DNA of 64,000 nucleotides, from positions 1,056,001-1,120,000 of the forward strand of contig OY761614.1 of NCBI GenBank assembly GCA_963664825.1, written 5' to 3'. This DNA is from an uncultured Holophaga sp. (GTDB lineage Bacteria > Acidobacteriota > Holophagae > Holophagales > Holophagaceae). Every line of letters begins with the position of its first letter. Positions within the stretch are counted from its first letter, which is position 1. The position numbers and the translations under genes were made by a program. Below the pieces are notes generated by a model that did not search any database, had not been told where the DNA came from, and was given only the letters and a program-made list of their open reading frames with translations. Shown piece after piece: positions 46,197-55,868 of the stretch.

Positions 46197-47756
46197 ATGG
46201 CCACAGCCCTGTTCTCGGTCTTCGATAAGACGGGGCTCGTCCCGCTGGCTCAGGGCCTGAAGGGGCTCGGTTGGGATTTGCTGGCCACCGGCGGAACCCT
46301 CAAGGCTCTGCGGGAGGCGGGCATTCCGGTCCAGGAGGTGGCCGAATACACCGGCGCCCCGGAATGCTTCGGGGGCCGCGTCAAGACCCTCCATCCCAAG
46401 ATCCATGGCGGCCTGCTCTTCCGGCGGGACGAGGCGGCCCACCTCCAGGACGCTCAGCGCCTGGGTATCCCGCCCATCGATCTGGTGGTGGTGAACCTAT
46501 ATCCCTTCGAAGCCACGGTGGCCAGGGAGGGCGCCACCTTCGCGGACTGCATCGAACAGATCGATATCGGCGGTCCCAGCATGCTGCGCAGCGCCGCCAA
46601 GAATCACGCCTCCGTCACCGTGCTCACCGATCCCGCCCAGTACGAGCCCTTCCTTGAAAAACTCAAGGCGGGCACCTGGAATGAGGCCGACCGCAGGGCC
46701 TGCGCGCTGAAGGTCTTTCAGACCACCAGCGCCTACGACACCGCCATCGCCACCTGGTTCGCAAATCAGATGCAGGGTTCGGCAGGCGACAGCGACCGAA
46801 CCTGTCCCCTCCCCGAGCGCCTCACCCTCGGCCTGCGCCAGAAGCAAAGCCTCCGCTACGGCGAGAACCCCCACCAGGACGCGGGCTTCTACGTGCAGCC
46901 GGGGACCACCCCGGAAGGCCTGGTCGCCTGCCATCAGCTCCAGGGCAAGGAACTCTCCTTCAATAATCTGCTGGATGCCGACGCCACGGCCCGCCTGGCC
47001 TGGGCCTTCCAGGAGCCCAGCTGCATCATCGTCAAACACAGCAACCCCTGCGGCGCGGCCTGTGCCGACACCCCTCTCGAGGCATTCCAGAAGGCTCTGG
47101 CCAGTGATCCCGTGAGCGCCTTCGGAGGCATCGTCGCCTTCAACCGCCCCGTGGACGAGACGACGGCCCGGGCCCTGGCGCCCACCTTCTGGGAAGTGAT
47201 CCTGGCGCCGGCCTTCAGCCAGGAGGCCCTTTCCTTACTCGCTGCCAAGAAGGCCCTGCGCCTCTTGGAAACCCCCACCACCTGGCCCATGGGCGCCAGC
47301 GGCCTGGATGTGCGCGCCATCGGCGGCGGCTACCTCGTCCAGCGCCCGGACAGAGCCTTCGCCCCCTTCGAGGACTGGGAAGTAAAGGTGGAGGGCCGAG
47401 GCCCCAGGCCCTCTCCCCGGGACCTGGTGCTGGCCCAGCAGGTGGCCAAGCTGGTGAAATCCAATAGCATCGTGCTGGTGAAGGATGGCGGCACCGTCGG
47501 GGTAGGCGCGGGCCAAATGAGCCGGGTGGATAGCGTCGATATCGCCTGCCGCAAGGCCGGCGAGAAAGCCAGGGGCGCCGTGCTGGGCAGTGACGCCTAC
47601 TTCCCCTTCGCCGATGGCCTGGAACTCGCGGCCTCCCATGGCGTGACCGCCTGCGTCGAACCCGGAGGCAGCATGCGGGACCCCGAGGTCATCAAAGCCG
47701 CCCAGAGACTCGGGGTCTGGCTCTTCTTCACGGGAATGCGGCACTTCAGGCATTGA
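46197..47756 (+). CDS. purH: Bifunctional AICAR transformylase/IMP cyclohydrolase
   Basis: GRVKTLHPKIHGG, IDIGGPSM, LRYGENPHQ, KSNSI, GMRHFRH. Confidence 0.97.
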   Translation: MATALFSVFDKTGLVPLAQGLKGLGWDLLATGGTLKALREAGIPVQEVAEYTGAPECFGGRVKTLHPKIHGGLLFRRDEAAHLQDAQRLGIPPIDLVVVNLYPFEATVAREGATFADCIEQIDIGGPSMLRSAAKNHASVTVLTDPAQYEPFLEKLKAGTWNEADRRACALKVFQTTSAYDTAIATWFANQMQGSAGDSDRTCPLPERLTLGLRQKQSLRYGENPHQDAGFYVQPGTTPEGLVACHQLQGKELSFNNLLDADATARLAWAFQEPSCIIVKHSNPCGAACADTPLEAFQKALASDPVSAFGGIVAFNRPVDETTARALAPTFWEVILAPAFSQEALSLLAAKKALRLLETPTTWPMGASGLDVRAIGGGYLVQRPDRAFAPFEDWEVKVEGRGPRPSPRDLVLAQQVAKLVKSNSIVLVKDGGTVGVGAGQMSRVDSVDIACRKAGEKARGAVLGSDAYFPFADGLELAASHGVTACVEPGGSMRDPEVIKAAQRLGVWLFFTGMRHFRH

Positions 47757-47853
47757 GCCATCACATTCTCGGCGACAATGGAGAGATTCAGGCCCTAGCC
47801 CCCGCATTACCCAACCCCCTCGCGTTCGTTCGCGTCATTCCCGGTCCAAACCC

Positions 47854-50487
47854 ATGAAAACATCCGAGCTCCGTTCCTGCTTCCTCAAGTATTTCGAGAA
47901 GCACCGCCACCGCGTCGTCTCCTCCAGCCCGGTCATCGGACCGGCCGATGATCCGACCGTGATGTGGACCAATGCGGGCATGGTGCAGTTCAAGGATGTG
48001 TTCCTGGGCAAGGAGAAGCGGGACTACACCCGGGCCACTACCAGCCAGAAGTGTCTGCGGGCCGGGGGCAAGCACAATGATCTGGAGAACGTGGGCTTCA
48101 CAGCCCGCCATCACACCTTCTTCGAGATGCTGGGCAACTTCAGCTTCGGCGATTACTTCAAGGCCGATGCCATCCGCTTCGCCTGGGAATTCGTCACCGG
48201 TCCGCTCGAAGCGGGCAACCTGGGCCTGGATCCCGAACGCCTCTGGGTGACGGTCTTCGCAGGCGCCGAGGGCGTGCCTGCCGACACCGAGGCCGAGGAA
48301 CTGTGGAAGGCCGCCGGCGTGCGTCCCGACCGCATCCTGCGCTTCGGGAAAAAGGACAACTTCTGGCAGATGGGGGATACCGGCCCCTGCGGCCCCTGTT
48401 CGGAGATGCACTACTACCGGCCCAAGGATCTCTCCGGCAATCGCCCCGAGCTGGTGAATGGCGAGGGCGACGACATCATGGAGATCTGGAACCTGGTCTT
48501 CATGCAGTTCGAGCGGGATGCTCAAGGGGTGCTCACCCCCCTGCCCAGGCCCAGCGTGGATACGGGCATGGGTCTGGAGCGCACAGCCTCCATCCTTCAG
48601 GGCGTGGAGAGCAACTACGAGATCGATCTCTTCCAGCCCATCTTCCAGGCCCTCTGGAAGCTGGCGAAGGTGAAGGCCGAGGAGCGGGGCGAGCTCACCA
48701 ATCGCACGGCCTCCCAGGTGGTGGCCGATCACATCCGCGCCGCCACCTTCATGTGCTTCGATGGCGTCGTGCCCAGCAACGAGGGCCGCGGCTATGTCAT
48801 GCGCAAGATCATCCGGCGCGCCCTGCGCTTCGGCCGCAAGCTGGGTATCGAAGGCACCTTCTTCGCAAGCCTCGTGCCGGCGGTCATCGAAGCCATGGGC
48901 GACCAGTACCCCGAATTGGCCGGGGAACTGCCCCGCATCCAGAAGGTGCTGGACCGCGAGGAACGCCAGTTTTCCACGACCCTCAATGCTGGCCTCAAGG
49001 TGCTGGAAGGCTGTGATATCTCCAGCGGCACACTGATCGGCAGCGAGATCTTCAAGCTCTACGACACCTATGGCTTCCCCGTGGATCTGGTAGAGGACTG
49101 GTGCCGGGAGCACGGCCTCACCTGCGATCTGGAGGGCTATACCCGGGAATTGAACGGCCAGCGGGCCCGGGGACGCGATGCCCTGAAATCCCACGATCTC
49201 CGGCTGGCTGGCGACCTGACCATGCTGGCCGATCTGCCGCCCACTCAGTTCCTGGGCTACGACAAGCTGGAGACCACCGCCCACGCCATGGCCCTCTTCG
49301 ACGCCGATAGCCACCGGGTCAAGCAGCTGACGGGCGAGGGCTACGTGCTCCTGGACCACACGGCTTTCTACGCCCAGAGTGGCGGCCAGACGGGCGATAC
49401 GGGCATCTTCAAGTTCGATGGAGGCAGCGCCGAAGTGCTGGACTGCACGGCCCCCGCCCCCAAGCGCAACCTGCATCGGGTGAGGGTCCACGGCCTCCTC
49501 ACGGAGAACCAGTTCCTCACCGCCACCGTGGATGCCAGCCGCCGGGCCCGCATCCGGGCCCACCACACCGCTACCCATCTGCTCCACGCCGCCCTGCGCG
49601 AAGTGCTGGGCACCCATGTGAAGCAGGCGGGTAGCGCCGTCGACGCCGAGCGATTACGCTTCGATTTCTCGCACTTCGCCCCCATCGAACCCGACCAGAT
49701 GCTGGAGGTCGAGCGCCTGGCCAACGAGCAGGTATTGAAGGCCACCACCACCCATATCCGCGAAATGCCCATCGAGGAGGCCCTCACTTCGGGTGCCATG
49801 GCGCTCTTCGGTGAAAAATACGGCGAGACTGTGCGGGTCATCTCTGTGCCTGGCTTCTCCAAGGAACTCTGCGGCGGTACCCATGTCTCCAATACCGGCC
49901 AGATCGGCGCCATCCAGATCGTCTCAGAAGGCGCCGTGGCCTCAGGCGTTCGGCGCATCGAAGCCGTGGCCGGAATGGCCGCCGTGGAGCGGCTCCAGGA
50001 GGACGAGAACCTGATCGGGGGCCTCTCCCGCCAGGCCAATACGGCCCGGGAAGCCCTTTCGGCCCTGCTTAGCTCCAAGGAGGCCCGCATTCAGCAACTG
50101 GAGCGCGAGTTGAAAGAAGCCAGGCTCAAGGCCGCCGGAAGCGGCGGTGCAGGCGAAAGCGTCGAAGAGGTCAAGGGCCTCACGGTGGTGACCGCCGCCG
50201 TCGAAGGCCTGGAGACCTCCTCCCTGCGGGAGATGATGGATCAGATCCGAACCCGCCATCGCAGCGCCGTGATCGCCCTGGCCTCTACCCTCGCCAAGGA
50301 CAAGGTGGCCCTCCTGGTGTCTGTTTCCGTCGACCTCCAGGACCGGGCCGATGCCGGGGCCCTGCTCAAACTCATGGCCTCCCCCATCGGCGGCCGGGGG
50401 GGTGGCAAGAAGGATCTGGCCCAGGGCGGCGGCACCCAGCCCACCGGAATTCCCGCCGCCTTCGATGCCATGAAGTTGGCTCTGTAG
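47854..50487 (+). CDS. alaS: Alanine--tRNA ligase
   Basis: TNAGMVQFK, HHTFFEMLGNFSFGDYFK, HTATHLL, ELCGGTH, GGRGGGK. Confidence 0.98.
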   Translation: MKTSELRSCFLKYFEKHRHRVVSSSPVIGPADDPTVMWTNAGMVQFKDVFLGKEKRDYTRATTSQKCLRAGGKHNDLENVGFTARHHTFFEMLGNFSFGDYFKADAIRFAWEFVTGPLEAGNLGLDPERLWVTVFAGAEGVPADTEAEELWKAAGVRPDRILRFGKKDNFWQMGDTGPCGPCSEMHYYRPKDLSGNRPELVNGEGDDIMEIWNLVFMQFERDAQGVLTPLPRPSVDTGMGLERTASILQGVESNYEIDLFQPIFQALWKLAKVKAEERGELTNRTASQVVADHIRAATFMCFDGVVPSNEGRGYVMRKIIRRALRFGRKLGIEGTFFASLVPAVIEAMGDQYPELAGELPRIQKVLDREERQFSTTLNAGLKVLEGCDISSGTLIGSEIFKLYDTYGFPVDLVEDWCREHGLTCDLEGYTRELNGQRARGRDALKSHDLRLAGDLTMLADLPPTQFLGYDKLETTAHAMALFDADSHRVKQLTGEGYVLLDHTAFYAQSGGQTGDTGIFKFDGGSAEVLDCTAPAPKRNLHRVRVHGLLTENQFLTATVDASRRARIRAHHTATHLLHAALREVLGTHVKQAGSAVDAERLRFDFSHFAPIEPDQMLEVERLANEQVLKATTTHIREMPIEEALTSGAMALFGEKYGETVRVISVPGFSKELCGGTHVSNTGQIGAIQIVSEGAVASGVRRIEAVAGMAAVERLQEDENLIGGLSRQANTAREALSALLSSKEARIQQLERELKEARLKAAGSGGAGESVEEVKGLTVVTAAVEGLETSSLREMMDQIRTRHRSAVIALASTLAKDKVALLVSVSVDLQDRADAGALLKLMASPIGGRGGGKKDLAQGGGTQPTGIPAAFDAMKLAL

Positions 50488-50492
50488 GCCCC

Positions 50493-52793
50493 ATGCGCCC
50501 CGTCCGCAAGCTGCTGCTCCGGGAACTCCTGACCCTTCTGGGCCTGCTGATCCTCGTATCGGTGGCCCTGGTCTGGTTCGGCATGCAGGGCACGCTGGAA
50601 CGCCAGATCGATGCCCGGACCCAGGAGAGCGTGCTGCGCCTGGAGCGGGATCTCCATGGCTACCTCCAGGAAGCCGAGCACCTGGGACAGATCGCCGCGC
50701 ACTGGGTCGAAGAAGGCCGAATCTCGCCGGACCAGCCTCGCACCGCTTACGGCCTGTTGAATCCCCTGCTGAAGGAATCCCCCAGTTCCGCCGATGTGGT
50801 CCTGATGGGGACCGATGGATCAGGCAGCGCGATCTACAAGCGGGAAGGCACCCTGAGCGCCTATGGATTCCAGGCCACCGAAGACACCATGCACCGGACA
50901 CTGTATGTCGAGGCGGGCAAGCCCCTCGAAACCCCTCGGGTGAAGGACATCCCCGTACGTTTCCGAGAGCGCCCCTGGTTCCTGGCGGCCCAGGCATCCC
51001 CGCTGCCTCAGTGGGTGAGCGCCTATCCCTTCCTATCGGCCCCCAAGCATGGCCTCTCCTACGTCGTACCGGTGCAGGATGACTGCGGCCAATTCAAATC
51101 CGTCATCTGTGTGGATGTGCTGCTGGACACCCTCTCCCAGAGGGTCTGGGACACCCGCCCCACGCCCAGGTCCCGGATCCTCGTCTGTGACGCCAAGACT
51201 CAGGTCCTCGTGGCCCCCAGAGGCACCGAGCAGACAGGCCAATTCCTGAGACCCCTGGGCGAAAGCAACTTCCCCCTCTTCCATGAACTGGTCCAGACCT
51301 GGAAATCCACGGGCCACACCTCCACCCTGATCCGCTTCACCCACGGGCACCAATCCTATGCGGGCCGGGTGCTGCCTCTGAGGGGCAGCCGGGGCGCCGA
51401 TTGGCTGGTCTGTCTGGCCGCCCCGGAACGGGATTTCCAAGGGGGCCTTCCCCGGCTCGCGGCCATGCTCCTGGGTGCAGGACTGATCTTCCTGGCGCTG
51501 GTGGCCTGGCGGCTCCAAAGGCTCTCGACACGGATTACGGCGCCCCTCGCCCGCCTTGCCAACGCCGCCGAGGCGCTGGGGAAAGGCGCGACACCGGTGC
51601 CACCGCCTTCGGATATCCAAGAGATTTTCACCCTGGGCCAGGCCTTCCAGAGAGCCGGCCAGGCTCTCGAGAAAGATGCCGAACTCCAGTTGAAGTTCCA
51701 GCATAGCCAGCGCCTGGAGACCGTCGGCACCCTGGCCGGCGGCATCGCCCACGATGTAAACAACCAGCTGGCGGCCATCGTGGGTCAGCTCAACCTGGGG
51801 CGGGAGTACCTGCCCAAGGAGCATCCCGCCGCCCGGCGCATGGAGAAGGCCGAGGACGCCGCCCAGCGCTGCGCCCAGATGATCAAGTCACTCCTGGGTT
51901 TCACCCACCAGGCCCGGCCCGAATTGGAGGATCTCGACCTCAATGATCTGGTGCGCCGCACAGGCAATCTGGTGGAACGCCTCCTGGGGGGCCGCGTGCG
52001 CCTGGAGCTCGATTTGGCTCCGGAGCTGGGATCCGTGCGGGGGGATCATGTGAGCCTGGAGCAGGTCCTCATGAACCTGGCCGTCAATGCCCGGGACGCC
52101 ATGCCCCAGGGGGGCAGGCTGGTAGTGAGCACCCGGCCTGCGGCGAATGGCGAGATCTGCCTTGCGGTGAAGGACACGGGCACGGGCATCCCCGAAGAGA
52201 TCCTGCCTAAGATATTCGATCCCTTCTTCACCACCAAGGAAGTCGGCAAGGGCACGGGACTGGGCCTGGCCATGGTCTTCGGCATCGTACAGGCCCACGG
52301 CGGACGCATCGAGGTCGAGAGTCGGATGGGCAAGGGCACCGAATTCCGCATCCTGCTGGCCTCCCAAGCCCCCTGCCAGGGCCCCGCTCAGCCAGACCCC
52401 ACCCAGGACTTGGACGAGGTGCCCTTCAAAGGCCGACGGATCCTGGTGGTGGATGACGAAGCGCCCCTGCGGGAACTGCTGGCCGAAGCCTTCCTGGGCC
52501 ACCAGGCCCAGGTCGACACCGCCCAGAACGGCGCCGAGGGCTGGGCCCTCTGGCAGGGCAGTCACTACGATCTGGTCATCAGCGATCAGCGCATGCCTGA
52601 ACTCACAGGCCTGGAGCTGCTGGCCCGCATCCGCGCCGCGGGTTCTCACGTGCCCGTCATCCTGGCCTCGGGCCATGGCCTGGAAGGCCTCGAACCCGAA
52701 CTGGCCCGGGACCCGCGGCTACGCCTCCTGTCCAAGCCCTTCAGTTTCAAGTGCCTCTTCTCCCTGGCAGGCGAACTGCTCCAGGAACAATAG
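50493..52793 (+). CDS. Hybrid sensor histidine kinase (Cache-like periplasmic domain, HAMP, HisKA, HATPase, receiver)
   Basis: RERPWF, GGIAHDVNN, NLAVNARDA, FFTTKEVGKGTGLGL, ILVVDDE...SDQRMP. Confidence 0.92.
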   Translation: MRPVRKLLLRELLTLLGLLILVSVALVWFGMQGTLERQIDARTQESVLRLERDLHGYLQEAEHLGQIAAHWVEEGRISPDQPRTAYGLLNPLLKESPSSADVVLMGTDGSGSAIYKREGTLSAYGFQATEDTMHRTLYVEAGKPLETPRVKDIPVRFRERPWFLAAQASPLPQWVSAYPFLSAPKHGLSYVVPVQDDCGQFKSVICVDVLLDTLSQRVWDTRPTPRSRILVCDAKTQVLVAPRGTEQTGQFLRPLGESNFPLFHELVQTWKSTGHTSTLIRFTHGHQSYAGRVLPLRGSRGADWLVCLAAPERDFQGGLPRLAAMLLGAGLIFLALVAWRLQRLSTRITAPLARLANAAEALGKGATPVPPPSDIQEIFTLGQAFQRAGQALEKDAELQLKFQHSQRLETVGTLAGGIAHDVNNQLAAIVGQLNLGREYLPKEHPAARRMEKAEDAAQRCAQMIKSLLGFTHQARPELEDLDLNDLVRRTGNLVERLLGGRVRLELDLAPELGSVRGDHVSLEQVLMNLAVNARDAMPQGGRLVVSTRPAANGEICLAVKDTGTGIPEEILPKIFDPFFTTKEVGKGTGLGLAMVFGIVQAHGGRIEVESRMGKGTEFRILLASQAPCQGPAQPDPTQDLDEVPFKGRRILVVDDEAPLRELLAEAFLGHQAQVDTAQNGAEGWALWQGSHYDLVISDQRMPELTGLELLARIRAAGSHVPVILASGHGLEGLEPELARDPRLRLLSKPFSFKCLFSLAGELLQEQ

Positions 52794-52990
52794 GCCCGAC
52801 GGTTTCTCCCCGTCCCCCCTTGAGCCGCCAGCCCGGAGTGTCCGGGGAGTGCAACCTTGGCTGCCGAGCCCTCCTCTGGGGATGCCCTGAAACAGGCATT
52901 TGTCACAGACGAGTACCGCAGACCGTAAGGATGGACCCTGGAAATTTACGTGATTATGGCGTTTTTGCTTGGGAATGGCTCATAGGGAAA

Positions 52991-53006
52991 TTAACAAAAT
53001 TTCACA
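52991..53006 (+). promoter_or_regulatory. Direct-repeat box upstream of M4 protease 1
   Basis: TTAACA-AAAT-TTCACA, 150 nt upstream of ATG; matched upstream of the paralog. Confidence 0.55.
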
Positions 53007-53068
53007 CCCTCGCCGGGAAGCCGCGTGAGAAGGTCGTTTCAACACACTTGTTCTTTCTTTATTGCTGC

Positions 53069-53136
53069 ATCAAGAGCCCCGCACCCTGAGGAGGATGCTG
53101 GGCTCTGATTCTTTTCCTCACGACTGCATAGGAGAT
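53069..53136 (+). ncRNA. Candidate cis-regulatory RNA (hairpin plus pseudoknot/anti-SD) in the protease 1 leader
   Basis: AGAGCCC/GGGCTCT stem, TGAGGA loop complementary to downstream TTCCTCA, then AGGAG RBS. Confidence 0.5.
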
Positions 53137-53140
53137 AGCC

Positions 53141-55603
53141 ATGACACATGGCCGCATCGGTCTCACCCTTCTCACCGCCGCCCTGGTGGCCGGCCCCACT
53201 TTCGCCCAGGAACGCGCCCTGGCCAAGGATTCCCTGCTGCCTGCCCGGACGCGGGCCATGGAACTCCGTCAGACCCTCGGCCTGGACGATCAGCACGACT
53301 TCCTCGTGCGCCGCGGCCACACGGATTCCCTGGGCCAGACCCACACTCGCTTGGACCAGCGCTTCCAGGGCGTGCGCGTCTGGGGCGGAGAAGTCATCAC
53401 CCACGTGGACGCCGATGGCGCTAACCGCCCGATGACCAAGGTGCTCCACAGCCGCATCGGGATTTCGGTCCGGCCCACCCTGGATGCCACCGAGGTCCTG
53501 GGCTTGGTCCACACGGATCTGAACCCCCAGGGCCCCTATGCCTACACACCCACCACCGAGCTGGTGATCTTCCCTGACGAGCAGAACCACACCTACAAGC
53601 TCGCCTACCACGTCCACACCCAGCTGGAGAATGGCGTCGGAGAGACCGCCCACACCGATTACATGATCGATGCCCACAACGGCGCGATCCTCAAGAAGTG
53701 GTCCACCCTCCACACCACCGACGCCGTCGGCACCGGCAAATCCCAGTACAGCGGCACCGTCAGCATCCACACGAACCTCAACGGCTCCTCCTACGAGCTC
53801 TATGACGTCTATCGTGCGATGAACATCAAGACCTACAACCTGAACCACGCCACCAGCGGCACGGGCACCCTCTATACCGACGCCGACAACACCTGGGGCG
53901 ATGGCACCAACTATCCCACCGGCACTGGCACCTCCACCACCGGCGCCACCGGCCAGACCGCCGCCGTGGATGCCCACTACGGCATCGAGATGACCTACGA
54001 CTTCTACAAGAATCTCCTCGGGCGCAATGGCATCGATGGCAACAACAAGGCCACTTACAGCCGCGTCCACTACAGTTCCTCCTACGACAACGCCTTCTGG
54101 GACGACACCTGCTTCTGCATGACCTACGGCGATGGCAGCAGCTTCAAGAGCCTGGAAGCCATCGACGTGGCCGGTCACGAGATGAGCCACGGCGTCTGCG
54201 CCAACACGGCGGACCTGAACTACTCCGGGGAGTCGGGCGGCCTGAACGAAGCCAATTCCGACATGTTCGGCAATATGGTGGAGCTCTACGCCAAGAACGG
54301 TGGCAGCCTGCCCGCCACCGTGGCCAACACGGACGGCTGCTGGACCGTGGGCGAGGTGCTCAGTTCCACGCCCCTGCGCTACATGTACAAGCCCAGCCTG
54401 GACGGTTCCAGCCCCAATGCCTGGTCCAGCACCGTCGGCAACCTGGACGTGCACTACAGCTCCGGCCCCGCCAATCGCATGTTCTTCTTCCTGAGCCAGG
54501 GTGCCAGCAGCACCAGCAGTAGCAACTACTACAGCAGCTACGCTCCCAGCGGCTTCGTCGGCATCGGGCCCGAAAAGGCCATCCGCATCTGGTATCGGGC
54601 CCTCAGCACCTACATGACGAGCACCACCAACTACGCCACCGCCCGCACCGCCGCCCTCAGTGCAGCCACCGATCTCTATGGCGCCTCCAGCGCCGAATAC
54701 GCGGCCGTGCAGAATGCCTTCGGCGCCATCAATGTCGGTTCCCTTGCTCCCACGGGCGTGACGGTCGCCATCAGCCCCGCCACCGCCACCGTCGCCGCCG
54801 GCGCCACCTATCAGTTCACCGCTAGCGTCAGCGGCAGCACCACGACCAGCGTCACCTGGACCTGCACGGGCGGCACGGTGAGCACCAGCGGCCTCTTCAC
54901 CGCTCCCACCACCGCCGGGACCTACACCGTGAAGGCCACTTCCACCGCCGACACCACCAAGTCCGCCAGCGCCACCGTCACCGTGACCGCCGCCGGCAGC
55001 GTGAGCGTCTCCATCACGCCCACCACGGCCACCGTCACTACGGGCGGCACCCAGCAGTTCACGGCCACCGTCAGCGGCAGCACCACGACCACCGTCACCT
55101 GGACAGCCACCGGCGGCACCGTGAGCACCAGCGGCCTCTACACCGCTCCCACCACCGCCGGCACCTACACCGTGAAGGCGACTTCCACCGCCGACACCAC
55201 CAAGTCCGCCAGCGCCACCGTCACGGTAACGGCCAGCACGGGCACCATCTATGCCGAGGTCGAGAGCAACGGCACCCTCGCCACCGCCAACGCCGTGGCC
55301 GACACCGTCAAGACCATCACCGGCAAGATCGGAACCACCACCGATCTCGACTACTTCAAGGTCAAGGTCCCCGCCAGCACCACCCTGAAGGTCGCCATGA
55401 CCGGCCCCTCCGGCAAGGACTACGATCTCTACCTCTACAACGCCTCCGGCACCAAGCTCACCAGCAGCACGAATAGTGGGTCGACGGAGAGCATCTCCTA
55501 TGCAAACTCCAGCACCTCGGCGGTCTACTACTATGTGAAGGTCCTTGGATACAGCAAGGCCTATTCGACCAGCACGGGCTACACGCTGACCCTCACACGC
55601 TAG
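53141..55603 (+). CDS. Secreted M4 (thermolysin-like) metallopeptidase with FTP/PepSY propeptide, two Ig-like repeats and a PPC domain
   Basis: Signal peptide, NAFW, HEMSH, GGLNEANSD, VHYSSG; C-terminal DYDLYLY. Confidence 0.95.
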   Translation: MTHGRIGLTLLTAALVAGPTFAQERALAKDSLLPARTRAMELRQTLGLDDQHDFLVRRGHTDSLGQTHTRLDQRFQGVRVWGGEVITHVDADGANRPMTKVLHSRIGISVRPTLDATEVLGLVHTDLNPQGPYAYTPTTELVIFPDEQNHTYKLAYHVHTQLENGVGETAHTDYMIDAHNGAILKKWSTLHTTDAVGTGKSQYSGTVSIHTNLNGSSYELYDVYRAMNIKTYNLNHATSGTGTLYTDADNTWGDGTNYPTGTGTSTTGATGQTAAVDAHYGIEMTYDFYKNLLGRNGIDGNNKATYSRVHYSSSYDNAFWDDTCFCMTYGDGSSFKSLEAIDVAGHEMSHGVCANTADLNYSGESGGLNEANSDMFGNMVELYAKNGGSLPATVANTDGCWTVGEVLSSTPLRYMYKPSLDGSSPNAWSSTVGNLDVHYSSGPANRMFFFLSQGASSTSSSNYYSSYAPSGFVGIGPEKAIRIWYRALSTYMTSTTNYATARTAALSAATDLYGASSAEYAAVQNAFGAINVGSLAPTGVTVAISPATATVAAGATYQFTASVSGSTTTSVTWTCTGGTVSTSGLFTAPTTAGTYTVKATSTADTTKSASATVTVTAAGSVSVSITPTTATVTTGGTQQFTATVSGSTTTTVTWTATGGTVSTSGLYTAPTTAGTYTVKATSTADTTKSASATVTVTASTGTIYAEVESNGTLATANAVADTVKTITGKIGTTTDLDYFKVKVPASTTLKVAMTGPSGKDYDLYLYNASGTKLTSSTNSGSTESISYANSSTSAVYYYVKVLGYSKAYSTSTGYTLTLTR
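54755..55240 (+). repeat. Two tandem 243-bp Thr-rich Ig-like repeats in protease 1
   Basis: 81-aa units 54755-54997 and 54998-55240 ending TSTADTTKSASATVTVTA. Confidence 0.9.
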
Positions 55604-55622
55604 ACAACGCACTGAATTTAAA

Positions 55623-55652
55623 GAGAAGGGCCACCCTCGGGTGGCCCTTCTC
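55623..55652 (+). terminator. Terminator after protease 1
   Basis: GAGAAGGGCCACCC-TC-GGGTGGCCCTTCTC. Confidence 0.8.
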
Positions 55653-55717
55653 CTTGTGTATTCAGATTCCACCCAAGATATTTTGCAATTCCTACATAGA
55701 AATATTTTCCTCAAAAA

Positions 55718-55733
55718 TTCACAACAATTAACA
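55718..55733 (+). promoter_or_regulatory. Direct-repeat box upstream of M4 protease 2
   Basis: TTCACA-ACAA-TTAACA, 151 nt upstream of ATG. Confidence 0.55.
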
Positions 55734-55797
55734 CCCCAGTCGGCGCCCATTGTGGGAAGGTCGGGCCGGCATCCCAGATCCTTACGCATTTCCTGTT

Positions 55798-55864
55798 TCA
55801 AGAGTCCGCCGCCTCGAGGAAGGCACCGGACTTCCCGTCCCATTCCTCGACTTAATATGGAGAC
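55798..55864 (+). ncRNA. Second copy of the candidate cis-regulatory RNA, in the protease 2 leader
   Basis: AGTCCG/CGGACT and GCCT/AGGC stems, CGAGGA loop complementary to downstream TTCCTCGA, then GGAG RBS. Confidence 0.5.
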
Positions 55865-55868
55865 CGCC

